NCBI GenBank assembly: GCA_051530055.1
Contig: CM121343.1
Span: 2,884,389-2,948,388 of the forward strand
DNA length: 64,000 bases
Source: Neoechinorhynchus agilis
Taxonomy: Eukaryota; Animalia; Acanthocephala
Direction of reading: 5' to 3'
The notes beneath the pieces are model-generated. The model was not told where the DNA came from. It saw nothing but the letters and a program-made list of their open reading frames with translations, and did not search any database. Positions within the stretch are counted from its first letter, which is position 1; every line of letters starts with the position of its first letter. Below, piece by piece: positions 13,035 through 24,679 of this stretch. The translations under genes and the position numbers were made by a program.

Positions 13035-13254
13035 AACAATAGTTTTCGAATAAAAAGCGTCGCTATGTTGTGTAAATTAAAGTATGAGATCAAATGGCAC
13101 ATTCGTCAAGGTTGTTATTGAGCGTCCTGTTGTTGTTTTTAATTTTTAAACGAAAGCGAGGATTCGTCCGTTTCTCGCTCATGGGGTGTCATCAGGAACG
13201 TGTGGGGCTTTTTCACACAAACGAATTTGCCGCCTTTTGAGCTCGAAAAATTGA

Positions 13255-14995
13255 CTATTTTATCTTCTTAACTCTGGATAGTCCGGTACATTTTATTCTC
13301 TAAGTGTTGATAATTTTATTGCTTAATCACTTGATTCCCCGGATCCTCAGATACCTCCCGAGGGGGTAGTACTCGTGAGTTTCCTAAGGTCGCCGATGAC
13401 TCACAACCAAAGGGGACGAAATATCCCGATGGAGGGAGGAAACTCACGAGTCCTACCTCCTCGGGAGGAATCTTAGGATCCGGAGTACTGAGCACAAAAC
13501 TCTTAACCGTATGTTTCAGGGAATCAAGTGATTCAATCACTTTCCTGATGCTCAAGCAATAAAATTATCAGCCGTGTAATGATGGCCACAACACTAAAAA
13601 ACAAAGAAAATATTTTGCGTCTGGATAGTCCGGTACATTTTATTGCTTGATCGCTTGATTCCCCGGATCCTCAGATACCTCCCGAGGGGGTAGTACTCGT
13701 GAGTTTCCTAAGGTCGCCGATGACTCACAACCAAAGGGGACGAAATATCCCGATGGAGGGAGGAAACTCACGAGTCCTACCTCCTCGGGAGGAATCTTAG
13801 GATCCGGAGTACTGAGCACAAACTTTAACCGTATGTTTCAGGGAATCAAGTGATTCAATCACTTTCCTGATGCTCAAGCAATAAAATTATCAGCCGTGTA
13901 ATGATGGCCACAACACTAAAAAACAAAGAAAATATTTTGCGTCTGGATAGTCCGGTACATTTTATTGCTTGATCGCTTGATTCCCCGGATCCTCAGATAC
14001 CTCCCGAGGGGGTAGTACTCGTGAGTTTCCTAAGGTCGCCGATGACTCACAACCAAAGGGGACGAAATATCCCGATGGAGGGAGTATGAAACTTATTGAT
14101 GATTCCCATCTCCTCGGGAGGAATCTTAGGATCCGGAGTACTGAGCACAAAACTCTTAACCGTATATTTCAGGGAATCAAATGATTCAATCACTTTCCTG
14201 ATGCTCAAGCAGTAAAATTATCAGCCGTGTAATGATGGCCACAACACTAAAAAAACAAAGAAAATATTTTGCGTCTGGATAGCCCGGTACATTTTATTCT
14301 CTAAGTGTTGATAATTTTATTGCTTAATCACTTGATTCCCTGAAACGTACGGTTATGAGCTTTGTACGAATCAATCCGGATCCTCCGATACCTCCTGAGG
14401 AGGTAGGACTCATCAATGAGTTTCATACTCCCTTCATCGAGGTATTTCGTCCCCTTTGGTTGAGAGTCATCGGCGACCTTAGAAAACTCACTGATGAGCC
14501 CCACCTCCTCGGGAGGAATCTTAGGATCCGGAGTACTGAGTACAAACCCCTTAATCCTATGGTTCAGCAGGATATTAAGTGATTCAATCACTTCTCTGAT
14601 GCTCAAGCAATAAAATTATCAGCCGTGTAATGATGGCCACAACACTAAAAAACAAAGAAAATATTTTGCGTCTGGATAGTCCGGTACATTTTATTCTCTA
14701 AGTGTTGATAATTTTATTGCTTAATCACTTGATTCCCTGAAACGTACGGTTATGAGCTTTGTACGAATCAATCCGGATCCTCCGATACCTCCTGAGGAGG
14801 TAGGACTCATCAATGAGTTTCATACTCCCTTCATCAAGGTATTTCGTCCCCTTTGGTTGAGAGTCATCGGCGACCTTAGAAAACTCACTGATGAGTCCTA
14901 CCTCCTCGGGATACAAAACTCCTAACCGTATGTTTCAGGAAAACAAGTGATCTGATGCTCAGGCAATTAAATTATCAACATTTAGAGAAAAAAAT
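13255..14995. repeat. Tandem array of ~330-360-bp foldback units (~5 copies)
   Basis: Each unit has inner inverted arms GGATCCTCAGATACCTCCCGAGG...GTGAGTTTCCT / AGGAAACTCAC...CTCGGGAGGAATCTTAGGATCC and outer arms AATCACTTGATTCCC / GGGAATCAAGTGATT. Confidence 0.95.
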
Positions 14996-15494
14996 CAGGA
15001 ATTTTATTATTATAGAAATCCCAAGGACAAGTAAGGACCCTAAACTCCAAATCAGCGGATTTCGGGAAGAGCGTTAGGCTGCGATTTGACGCGCTGAGAA
15101 TACTCAACTGTTTTTTAGGTTTCGACATGCTCATACGAGCATTAGATGGCTCCTTTCGTTGTTTACTCGGATTGTCAACAATCAAAACTCCATAAATTGT
15201 CATTTTTTGGCTCATTGTTGAACCTACTACCAGAACTTGGACATGGAGCGTTCTCAAAAATTGTGGTTAGTGGAGTCTATTTTAAGCGACTGATACCGAA
15301 ATCCGTCAAGAGCATCCAGGACTTCGTTCAGAGATGAACCTTTTTGATCAAGAATTGTTTTTTTGTCGTCTATAGACGGAATGCCTCATAAGCTTTTTAA
15401 AATTGTAGATTATACCGCGTCCCTCGATTAAATTGTTTTTCGCAATTTCTCGTTTTGCCATTTCTAAGTGCACGATCTCGATCGTTATTTTAAG

Positions 15495-15875
15495 ATGTCC
15501 ATTGGAGTACCGATTAAAGTTCTTCATGAAGCTGCGGGTCACATAGTGACCATTGAGACCTGTACCGGAGAGATGTACCGCGGTCGCCTTATCGATGCCG
15601 AAGACAACATGAATTGCCAAATGCGTGAAGTTATTGCAACTTTTCGAGACGGTCGTCAAGCTCAATTGGAATACGTGTATATACGTGGCAGTAAAATCAA
15701 TTATCTGATACTTCCTGATATGCTCAAAAACGCTCCAATGTTCAAGAATGTGAAAGGAGTAAAAGGGGGCGCGGGACGTGGCAAATCCGCAATCCTTCGA
15801 GCTCAAGCTGCTGCAAGGGGACGCGCATATCGAGGAGGGCGCGCTGGACCTGCACCGGTTAGTCGTTTAAGGTAA
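15495..15875 (+). CDS. SNRPD3: Small nuclear ribonucleoprotein Sm D3
   Basis: [41 protein letters not shown]...[23 protein letters not shown] plus an RG-rich tail. Confidence 0.98.
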   Translation: MSIGVPIKVLHEAAGHIVTIETCTGEMYRGRLIDAEDNMNCQMREVIATFRDGRQAQLEYVYIRGSKINYLILPDMLKNAPMFKNVKGVKGGAGRGKSAILRAQAAARGRAYRGGRAGPAPVSRLR

Positions 15876-16387
15876 GAAGTTAAGCATTATATCTTTTACT
15901 TTGAGTGTTTCGGCCATCAGCTCTAAAGTTGTCATTGAAGTCTTCGAAATAATGAAAATTACCATGGGTTTTTATACATTTTTGGAGGTTGGTCGAGAAA
16001 TTAGCCAAAACCAAACGGCGAAACCGATTTGATTGTTCAAATTTACGAACATGTTCATACTGAAAACTCTTCTCATTTAAAGTTAAAAAGGGTTCATTTT
16101 GAATGAAAGCTTGTATTCAAGTTTTCAAAAAAAGTTATAAAATCTTTATTTCCGATCTCTGAATGAAACACTTAAAAATAAAGATTTTCCTTTGTATGAT
16201 TACAACAATCCGTTTTTCAAAAATGAAACTTAAGTATTTGACAAAATCAAAAGTTTCTACGACGTGTAAGCTTTTATTTGGGCTGTTTGTGATTGAAAAC
16301 AGTAGTTCTTATTTGGATGTGAGATGCAAGATATTTTCAGCTAACATTAAATGTACTCATGTCTTTTTGGGTCAAATAGCATTTTAG

Positions 16388-16853
16388 ATGGGAAATACAC
16401 ACAACAGCATTTACAGATACATCTATCCTGAACTTTACCCCGACAAAAGGAAGCCTCCTACGTTCGATCCGAATTTCGGCTTTAAAAACGGACGCAAATT
16501 ACGTGGTTTGTCTTTGCCATCGTCCACGTGATATCAAATCTCTTTTTAGAACTACCGATGACTGTTGATGATTTAACAAGTTTAGGTATCCCTGACGCGA
16601 AGCGGACATATTGTGCCGATAAATATGTGGCACACCGAGAGTGCATTCGAAAGGAGTTTCCATTTGTGTTACGATGTCGTAAGACAAAACACGCTGAACA
16701 CGAGTGTAATACCGAAGAGTAAGTTCTATATTTGTGATTAGATCCTTCTTAAACCATCGCTTTTTCAAATGTAGTCTGATATTGAGACACATGGAGTTCG
16801 AGAGAGAAAGACGTCTTCTTCAACGAAAAGCCCGTCTTAGTGCAGATGCTTAA
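16388..16853 (+). CDS. NDUFB7: NADH dehydrogenase 1 beta subcomplex subunit 7 (3 exons)
   Basis: MGN..PTFDPNFGF, the CX9C pairs RTYCADKYVAHREC / CRKTKHAEHEC, and MEFERERRLLQRKAR. Two short GT-AG introns. Confidence 0.93.
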
Positions 16854-16930
16854 GAACGTTTAGTAGTACTTTTGAGATTTAGTCTTTGATTCATTGTTTA
16901 AATTGTTCATCCAATCTATTCTGATTTCAG

Positions 16931-17247
16931 ATGGGAATTCATTACGGTCTTTCCATACTGGCATGGACTATAGTTTTTGGTACAATCGGTGTTATTGCTC
17001 CAGTACTACTTGAATTTACAATCTGTCACTATGCGCAAAGTAAAAGAAGGTAGCTATTGATTATAAAATGGAAATTGTAATCGCTGCGATCAATAGATTA
17101 ATCCAAGTGATGCTCGCAATGACGGGCACTTGTTGCTACCTTCTTTGGCTTTGCACATTCAGTCATCAACTCAATCCTCTGATCGGTCCACAGTTAGACA
17201 ACGAAACCGCACTTGGCCTTAGGACGTTGTGGGGGCGAGAATTCTGA
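16931..17247 (+). CDS. ATP6V0E: V-type proton ATPase subunit e (2 exons)
   Basis: The spliced product contains LIQVML..TCCYLLWLCTF..QLNPLIGPQLDNET; one GT-AG intron. Confidence 0.93.
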
Positions 17248-17469
17248 AATTAAGATGAAAACTTGAGTTTGACCTCAATCTATAGTTCATCTCCTCAACA
17301 GGCTGCCGTGTTTATTTTTTACCGAATAAATGGCGGTCAATTGAGGCGTGCACGTGGGTTTTTCAACAAAAAGAGTTTATAAACTTCCATCCCACCGCCC
17401 TGGATCACTCAGCTGCCTTAGTGGTATAATGGTCGAAGCGATAAATGCAGCGTTCCACCGGGAACCAAG

Positions 17470-18463
17470 CACCCGATTGTCTTGTCGAGACTGAAGCCAA
17501 TCGAGTTCGGTTCACTAGGTCACGAGAATCTGAAATTAAAGAGATTAACAGCCATCACGAAACCATCAACCAACCTGTAATCCTCGCCAAGACAACACTG
17601 AACTATATTGAGACTTTCTTCAGTCAGCTACACAAATCGCTGGACGACACAGGCAAACATTCTTAAAGACTTTGTGCTTGTTTATGACGAAAAAATTGAA
17701 GGAGTTTTATTTACGTTGTAATATTACAAAAACCTTGATAAAGGAACAAGATTGTGCCGAAATATCGGATTTAATCAAACTCCTTCAATTTTTCAGCTAT
17801 AAACAAACAAAGGAATCAAGACGAAATGATTTTAAAATATCGATTTCCACTCAACACTTGAAAATAGTTCTTAGCGATGGATTCTAAAATCACTAAAACG
17901 ATCGTGAATTTATCGATTACCTTATAAGAAAATAAAAGGTTACAAGTGAAACCTATAATCCCGACAAGCAATCTCATATTAGAAATTACTACGTTTTGTG
18001 AAGGAGGCTAACTCTTCGGTGATTTTTCTCACGAAACGGTCGTCCTATTTTTCTGAAGGGAAATTTGGTACTAATCTTGCTGACTGTCCGCGTTTCCAGT
18101 GAATCTTTCTAGTCGAATATTAGTAACTTTTTGATTCGAATGGTTGAAAAGTGCACTATTAAATTTAAATGCTGAATGTGATTCTAAAAGTTTCAAGCGC
18201 AGCATTTCATTTACTGTAGTTAAGATTCCCATTTTTTGAAAGAAAAATAGAATCCACACTGCACAGTCAATAACGAGTAGAACCGATTTATTAAGAAAAG
18301 AGAGACATTGGTTCATTTTTGAGCAACAAAAGACTGAAATAACCGCCTCATTCGTTGTAAACAAAAGCATCTACTAAACGAAAGCACAATCGTTAAAGAA
18401 ATTATAAAGAAGATTTATAACTCACTTTTGGTTGGACTCGTCTTCACTGGTTTCAATCAACGT
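17470..18463. repeat. Outer inverted-repeat arm, left (partner 39626-40620)
   Basis: Identical track ORFs are mirrored (17672-17887 + vs 40203-40418 -; 18071-18370 - vs 39720-40019 +; coordinate sum 58090). The arm includes the last codons of CK1. Confidence 0.95.
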
Positions 18464-20053
18464 TTCAATCGAAGGTGGAAGTTCTTGATCTTTTCGTCTT
18501 CGGAAAAGGCGACACGACTTCATGAAGCATTTACGATTTTCTACTTCATTACTTTTTATATCACTTAGAGCCGATCCACTTGGTGCAACATTTGCAACGG
18601 AATATAGATTTTCATCTTCCCAATCAAAACCGCAATCATTCTTAAAACCTGAACGTTTCATCAAATTCTTAAACAATGATCGCATGTAATCATAATCCGG
18701 ATCTTCATAATAACCGAGTTTACGTGCGTATTCAAGATATTTACCAAATTCGTCTAAACAGAACATTTATAAATAAAAGAGTACTTTTCAAACGAAAAGT
18801 TTTATTGCCAATGACCATTTCGAATTCTCAAAAAATAGTTTGCTGCGGTTGGAGACATTGCTTAATTCTAATAAAGGCGAATGATTAACCTTCAAAGATC
18901 ACCGTTTTTTAGGCCAATATAGAAATCTGTTGGCTCTCCTGCAATGTAGACAAAATGCTCCTTTCGGACAAAAAGGTTTTTTGCCCATTTAAACGGAAAT
19001 CGTGGGTTGAGGAGAGCCCAGCAAAACAAATGAATGTTAATCATTAATTCAAAAGGTTTAGTAAACCCAAAACAAAGATAGGAAAGTCGTCTGAGTGGAG
19101 TAGCACTGACAAATTGAATTCTATAGAATACAAACCTGGAAGATTAGTGCATAAATCTTTGACTGAAGTATTTATCTTTAGATCTTCGACTATATTGAAT
19201 CTTTGTTTCACTGTTTCAGCAATGACATTCATCCAAGGAAGCTTTCCTTTTAAGAAATAAACAAGAAGGTACCCAAGCGATTCAAGATCATCTCGGGGGC
19301 TTTGCGTGGCTCCTCTGTGTGCTTTACGGCTCATAAATCGCAAGGTACCTAAGGCTGGTCCTCGATCTCTATAATCGAAATATTTTCCAGTCTTTGTGCT
19401 TCTGTAATAACAAGCAAGACCAAAATCAATTAAGTAGATTTTCCGTTTTAAATGAGATTTCCTTCCAATTACTAGATTCTGCGGTTTTAAGTCGCGATGT
19501 ACCAAAGATTTTTCATGGACAAATTTTAGCCGCTCGAGACATTGAACGGCTATCATACAGACTGTTTGCAAGGTACTGGAACCGTTGTTGACCATTTTCA
19601 AAGAAACCAAATTTCGATCAACAGCAGTTTCTTAAATGATCGACCGCAGTGATTATAAAGTGATTCAAGGTCTTCGCCCAACAATTCAATTGTCATGGCA
19701 TTGTTTTTATCAAACCTGCCATAATTGTGCACTTTCGGAAATCCATTATCGTACCCTCCAAGTATTTGATAGATTTTATATTCCTTGAACAGTTTTGAAT
19801 TTCGTTTATCTGCTTTTTCGACCTTCATTGCCATCTCCTCGCTTGTTAGCATATTTTTGCAAAGATAAACCGTCCCAAATGCACCACTGGAAATTTTTGA
19901 TATTAAACGATATTTGTTTTTGAGGTCATCAACCAATTCAAATCTCTCGTTTTCTTGAACTCCGTCACGTCCGCTAACTTCAGAGCTACTGCTCTCTTGT
20001 TCGTCGTAAAGGCTGGAGAAAATTGGATTACGAAACATGGAGATGAGTTCCAC
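18422..20053 (-). CDS. Casein kinase 1 family kinase (gamma-like), 3 exons
   Basis: ISSGAFG, AMKVE, MTIELLGEDLE, VHRDLKPQN, LIDFGLA, GTLRFMS, QSPRDDLESLGY, LPW, PDYDYMRSLF..FDW. GT-AG intron 18754-19135 plus a non-canonical 59-nt insertion. Confidence 0.95.
19576..19634 (-). other. Putative non-canonical TA-flanked hairpin intron (59 nt) in CK1
   Basis: TAAGAAACTGCTGTTGATC...GGTCAACAACGGTTCCAG|TA; 13 of 14 stem positions pair. Removal gives CGRSFTLQTVCMIA, matching the CK1 C.RKFSLKTV pattern. Confidence 0.7.
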
Positions 20054-20929
20054 GTCAATGTGTTTGCGAGTGCGATTCTATGTTCGGGTTCATCTTTTGC
20101 CGATTTCGTTGCCATGGTTACGCTTCAACGATAATTCGAGTTCTTCAAAAACGAGCACCCTACCCAGATATTAAATTACGATTAACGTTTCTTTAGCCAG
20201 TTGAATTCAGGCGAGGAAACCATATTAAGAAATCGATGACTGAACAGTAAATCCACATCTTTGCAGAGTTTTCCCGAGACAAGACTTTAACTTATCCTCG
20301 TTTGATCGTTCAATTAAATGGTTCATCATTTCAAAGATTCGCGTGGGTGCTTAAACGGACTATTTTATTAAAGGAATGTCTCCCAAAAAAGAGCTCTCCA
20401 CTCGTTAGTATCCCGGGTCGCAATCAAAGACATTTAAAATATCATTTAAGCGGTCTAACTAAAGCAGTTTGCTCATCAGCAGTTCTGTTAAATGTGAAGA
20501 CGACATTGATTTGAAATCAGTTAACATGCCGATCGAACTTGGTCCTAAAAGATAGAATTTATTGCACTGCTCCTCCATTAATCTCGAAAAAATCAAGACT
20601 GCATTGCCAATCTAAATCAATAAAAGAATTATTTTTCACTTAATCTCAATATATCTCAGGAACGGAAGGTTTTAGTGATCTCCAAATTGTATCCGGACAA
20701 TAAACAGTTGATTATGAAGCTATCGCGGTCGGTACTAAACCCGTTGACTATCCGCGTTGCGTTTAGATTAAATCTTTCTAGTCGAATATTGGTAACTTTT
20801 TGATTTGAACGGTTAGAAAGTGAACTGTCGAATTTCAATTGTGAATGTAACTTCTGCGGAATCGCAATTTCCATGTTATCGGTGGATAAAAATTCTTCGT
20901 AATTTTCTACTTGTTAAGTTGTGAATTGT

Positions 20930-21200
20930 CAGTCGTTATTTTCACTTTTGATGTGCATGTCAACATCCATCTCTGCCCAATATGAACTCTTCACGTTCAT
21001 CACAAAAATCTCACACTTCACAGCATTCAATTCGATGTGAATTTTCGTCGTTTCCTTCACGAGTGCCTCCAAATCTCGCAGTACTTCCGAGAGGAGGTTA
21101 ACTCCGAGCAACGCGATTGACTATGAGTGAGAAGGCTATTGGACCCAAAGGATCCCTTCGTTGAACTCCTCTTCCTGATCACAAAACGTGGCTATTGAAC
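20930..21200 (-). mobile_element. CRE-like reverse-transcriptase fragment
   Basis: Degenerate GVQ(R)RDP..GPIAFSL motif followed by IELNAVKCEI. Confidence 0.6.
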
Positions 21201-22747
21201 AACAACAACAGATTCAAAGTAGGCATTAACCAAATAGCGAAATGCTTTTACTACGTGATCTCTAACCATCAGCTCGCAGGGCTCGAAGCTCGTCTATACG
21301 CTTTAAATTAGGATGCATCCTAAAAGGCTTCGAGTTTCGTCTATATCCGAGGAGCAGTTCAAAAGACGCCCCTAAATTAACTTCTAAAAGATATAGTCGC
21401 ATACAACATGATCCCGCCACGTTTTTATACACCAAAACCTCATTTTCCTAAATAAATTTTAATTCTAATTTAATGCGGATTTGATGTGACTGCGAAATAA
21501 AATTATCAATGGGTTTTCTTCATCTTTCCTTCTCCGCCAAATAAAATATTTCAGCTCCAGAAACATTCAAAATAATACGAGGAAATCTAATGATTTTATG
21601 AAGAAATCAATTATCAATCTCTCTTGAAAGCTACGAATCAAAAAAAAGCATGAAAGAGATTTAATAATGTAACGAAAATGTAATTCAGACCTTTAAGAAA
21701 GTACGAGGAAATAATGGTAATTTATGCGTTAGAGATCATCCAATCAATCAGCTGTGAAAAAATCGCGTGTCGGATATTTTATTGCCGATCGATAAAACTT
21801 TCTATAATACTAAAACGCAGCTTACAAATGAACTTTTCGTACCGAGTTCAAAAAATTAGATTTTCGTGAGTAAAGTGATCCGGTCCAAAAAACAAAAGCA
21901 ATCCGAGAAAACAACGCCGATGAATGCGACAAACCTCGTCCACTTTGAAACCATCAAACGGATTATCTTCATTTTTTATTAATTGCCCTCTGAGATGCAA
22001 TCGCATCCTTCGTCGTCATCGGGCTTTGGCCTTTGGCCAATACTCACTGTTTGCAAGTTTTTTCACTTGTGAATGCGGATTAACCCTGGAAGACACTCTT
22101 GTTTTGTCCTTGTTCTTTTATACGAGAACGAAACTTCCTGGGTAAGTACGTAACGGAAATATGTTTATGATTGTCCAAAACAATATTTAAGTTTTATTTT
22201 TCAACCTTTTCGGCTTTCCTGGACTTCAAAATCATTCATCGCACTGATGAAAGCATTTAGAATTTCTCGACGAAATCGATTGGTCATTTACAAATCGAAG
22301 TAGAAATGAGGAAGCAAAGCTTAATAAAGACTTCGCTCCGTCCTTAAACTCAATGATTTAACTAATTCATCTTTCAGACTTCTTCAGAGTGGAAAACCAA
22401 GATATTGAGATGTTTCTTTGAAGGACCTTCATTGGAGGAAGTTTGAGTAAAGATTTCAACTATACAGCATTTTCGTTGCGCTTCAGCCTGTTAATCAATA
22501 CTACGAACAATAAATCATTTTAGTAGGCTGCTACAATTTTTGTCAGCTCTTCTTCAGTACTAATTTTGATTACTAATTCATCAAAACAATGAAAATAATG
22601 CTTCCATTTCAAGTTTGACAATATCTCAGATGTTTGTACATTTGAAAGACGCCAATTGAGGTCGAATTGACATCGTTCAATTTCGGTGCAGTAAAACTAA
22701 AACCATACTTTGGAATTGTCTTTAAAGTGCAAGAGAACGAATCAAAA

Positions 22748-24679
22748 ATGGCGATCAAGCGAACGTCAAATCCTAAGGAGAAATCACTCGCTCAAATTTG
22801 TGATGAATTGAGAGATAATCTCGATGGTGATTCTTGCACAATCAACCAATCTTTGGCCAAACGCAACCTGCGAGAATTGTTAACGCGATCGATTACAGCC
22901 GAAGAAATCTTAAACTTTGGGATGCTTGAGATAGTAGACGAAATGGCACTAGACAAAGATTGCAAAAGTACAAGTTGGTTCCTGAGTAAATTAAAGAACA
23001 AATTCAAAAAGATTGTCGGTGAAAAATATTGTCCAAGGATGAAAACGACGAAGACATTGGTCAGTACGACCTCAACTCGAAAACGAACAAACAAAGATGA
23101 AATAATGGCGAAAAAGAAGACGACAGATTCAAGCGATAAAGGACGAACGATTTATGAAAAGTCAACGTCCCAATCATTAAATATTTTAATTAAAAAGGTT
23201 AAAATTGGATTGGACCCACAGTTTAAAGTTACAAACAAGAGCTTAGTAACCAGTGCCTTTTCTGAGATTCTCAAACAAGAAATGACCATCTCTCAGATTA
23301 ATAAGTCCGGCCTAATAAAGATTCTCCACCAAATGAATCAAAACAAAGAAAACGGAGAACTGGACCATTTGATTAAAGAAGTGGCAGCAAAAATTAAAGT
23401 AGTGCTTGGCATGGAAAAAGGTAAAAATGCAGATGATAAATCTCATAGGATGTCCGGTATCCAATCAAAGTTCGATGTTGAGATTGAAGAGCAGTGTCCG
23501 ATAGAAACGAAATCTAAATCCAGTTTTGAAGACACGAGCTGTAAAGAAATTTCAAGGAAGAGGACGTCGTCAACCATTCAAGGTGAAGAGAAAACAAAAA
23601 TTCAGCGGACAGATTCAACACATCTCCGTCAAAGAATCTTGATGACTATGAACTCTGAACACGAAATTGTTAATTCTGATTTATTAAGGAGCATCTTTGA
23701 TGAAATTCTGAAAGGCGAAGTTAGCCTGAGTGAAATTCGTCAATCCGGATTGATAGATGTCCTTGAAGAGATGCTCGACAACAAGGATAATGCTCCACTC
23801 AAGAAACTCTTAATCCAAGTTGCTATGAAGGTCAAGGAGGCTTTCAATCAAACACGATCTAAAGAAGGACGAGCCACGAAACCCAAATTAAATAAACCAA
23901 TAGAAGTAGAAGCCGAATTATCAGATACTGATTCTAGTGATCGGGATTCTAACGCAATTTCGGAAAAGAGAACAGAATCGCCGAAGAGAATCAATAGCGA
24001 TGGAGAAATAGAAACGGGACATCACAACGTTGAAAAGGTTCACAGTCAACAGATTTCAGAATCCAACAAATTGATGCCGTCTTCTCGTTTAACCAAGAAG
24101 ATTAAATTACTAAAATTTTTATTGGATTCGCAATACGCAACCAAAAGCCTAGAACTGGTGGACGATGTCCTTTCCGAGATTTCAGAATTAGAGATGACTG
24201 TGGATGAAATCAAAGATTCCGATCTTATAACTACACTCCTTAAGATGGCCAGCAACGAGGAAAACGAACCGTTAATCGACATCATCAATAAAATCGGAAA
24301 AAAGATCGCGGGAATCTATAATTGGCAACCTACGGAAATGTCCAATATTTCGATCGAAAATAAATCAGGGTCACAATTGGAGGACAAATCACTGAATGAA
24401 TCGATTTCAAAAAGAAAATCAAAGCCTTCAATTGAAATGAACTTGAGCATCAAGGAACTCTGCGATCGTTTAAAAAGCATCTTGGACGAGAAGTTCACTG
24501 TTCGGAACCACGCGATGCTAAAGCGGATACTCAGCGCGATGATTAAACGTGAAATAACGCTGAGTGAAATTCGGAATAACAATTTGGTGAACATCCTAAG
24601 TCAAGTTCGTTCGAATCACTTAAATATTCGGCACAAAGGACAGCTTGAAAAATTGCTGAAAAAAATAAATGGCGGCTGA
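22748..24679 (+). CDS. Uncharacterised protein with five TFIIS-N (TND/LW)-like helical repeats, copy 1
   Basis: Long open frame (670 aa from TTG at 22667; first ATG 22748) with repeats LLTRSITAEEILNFGML, ILKQEMTISQINKSGLI, ILKGEVSLSEIRQSGLI, ISELEMTVDEIKDSDLI, MIKREITLSEIRNNNLV. A strong donor CTGG|GTAAGT at ~22142 suggests an upstream exon. Confidence 0.7.
   Translation: MAIKRTSNPKEKSLAQICDELRDNLDGDSCTINQSLAKRNLRELLTRSITAEEILNFGMLEIVDEMALDKDCKSTSWFLSKLKNKFKKIVGEKYCPRMKTTKTLVSTTSTRKRTNKDEIMAKKKTTDSSDKGRTIYEKSTSQSLNILIKKVKIGLDPQFKVTNKSLVTSAFSEILKQEMTISQINKSGLIKILHQMNQNKENGELDHLIKEVAAKIKVVLGMEKGKNADDKSHRMSGIQSKFDVEIEEQCPIETKSKSSFEDTSCKEISRKRTSSTIQGEEKTKIQRTDSTHLRQRILMTMNSEHEIVNSDLLRSIFDEILKGEVSLSEIRQSGLIDVLEEMLDNKDNAPLKKLLIQVAMKVKEAFNQTRSKEGRATKPKLNKPIEVEAELSDTDSSDRDSNAISEKRTESPKRINSDGEIETGHHNVEKVHSQQISESNKLMPSSRLTKKIKLLKFLLDSQYATKSLELVDDVLSEISELEMTVDEIKDSDLITTLLKMASNEENEPLIDIINKIGKKIAGIYNWQPTEMSNISIENKSGSQLEDKSLNESISKRKSKPSIEMNLSIKELCDRLKSILDEKFTVRNHAMLKRILSAMIKREITLSEIRNNNLVNILSQVRSNHLNIRHKGQLEKLLKKINGG

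Noticed and set aside
13316-14916. Repeated 60-90-aa ORFs in the arrays; CRISPR-like appearance
   Set aside because: These are by-products of palindromic repeats. There are no unique spacers and no cas genes, and the context is eukaryotic.
13255-14995. Hammerhead ribozyme in the foldback units (CTGATGAGTCC and GGACGAAA both present)
   Set aside because: The order and spacing do not give stem I or a valid NUH cleavage triplet; ACTCA-CTGA-TGAGT is just a small palindrome.
15348-15806. 152-aa minus-strand ORF
   Set aside because: Antisense shadow of the highly conserved SmD3.
22792-24594. Antisense ORFs over the 670-aa gene (and the mirrored ones at 34544-36346)
   Set aside because: These are shadow ORFs of the long sense frame.
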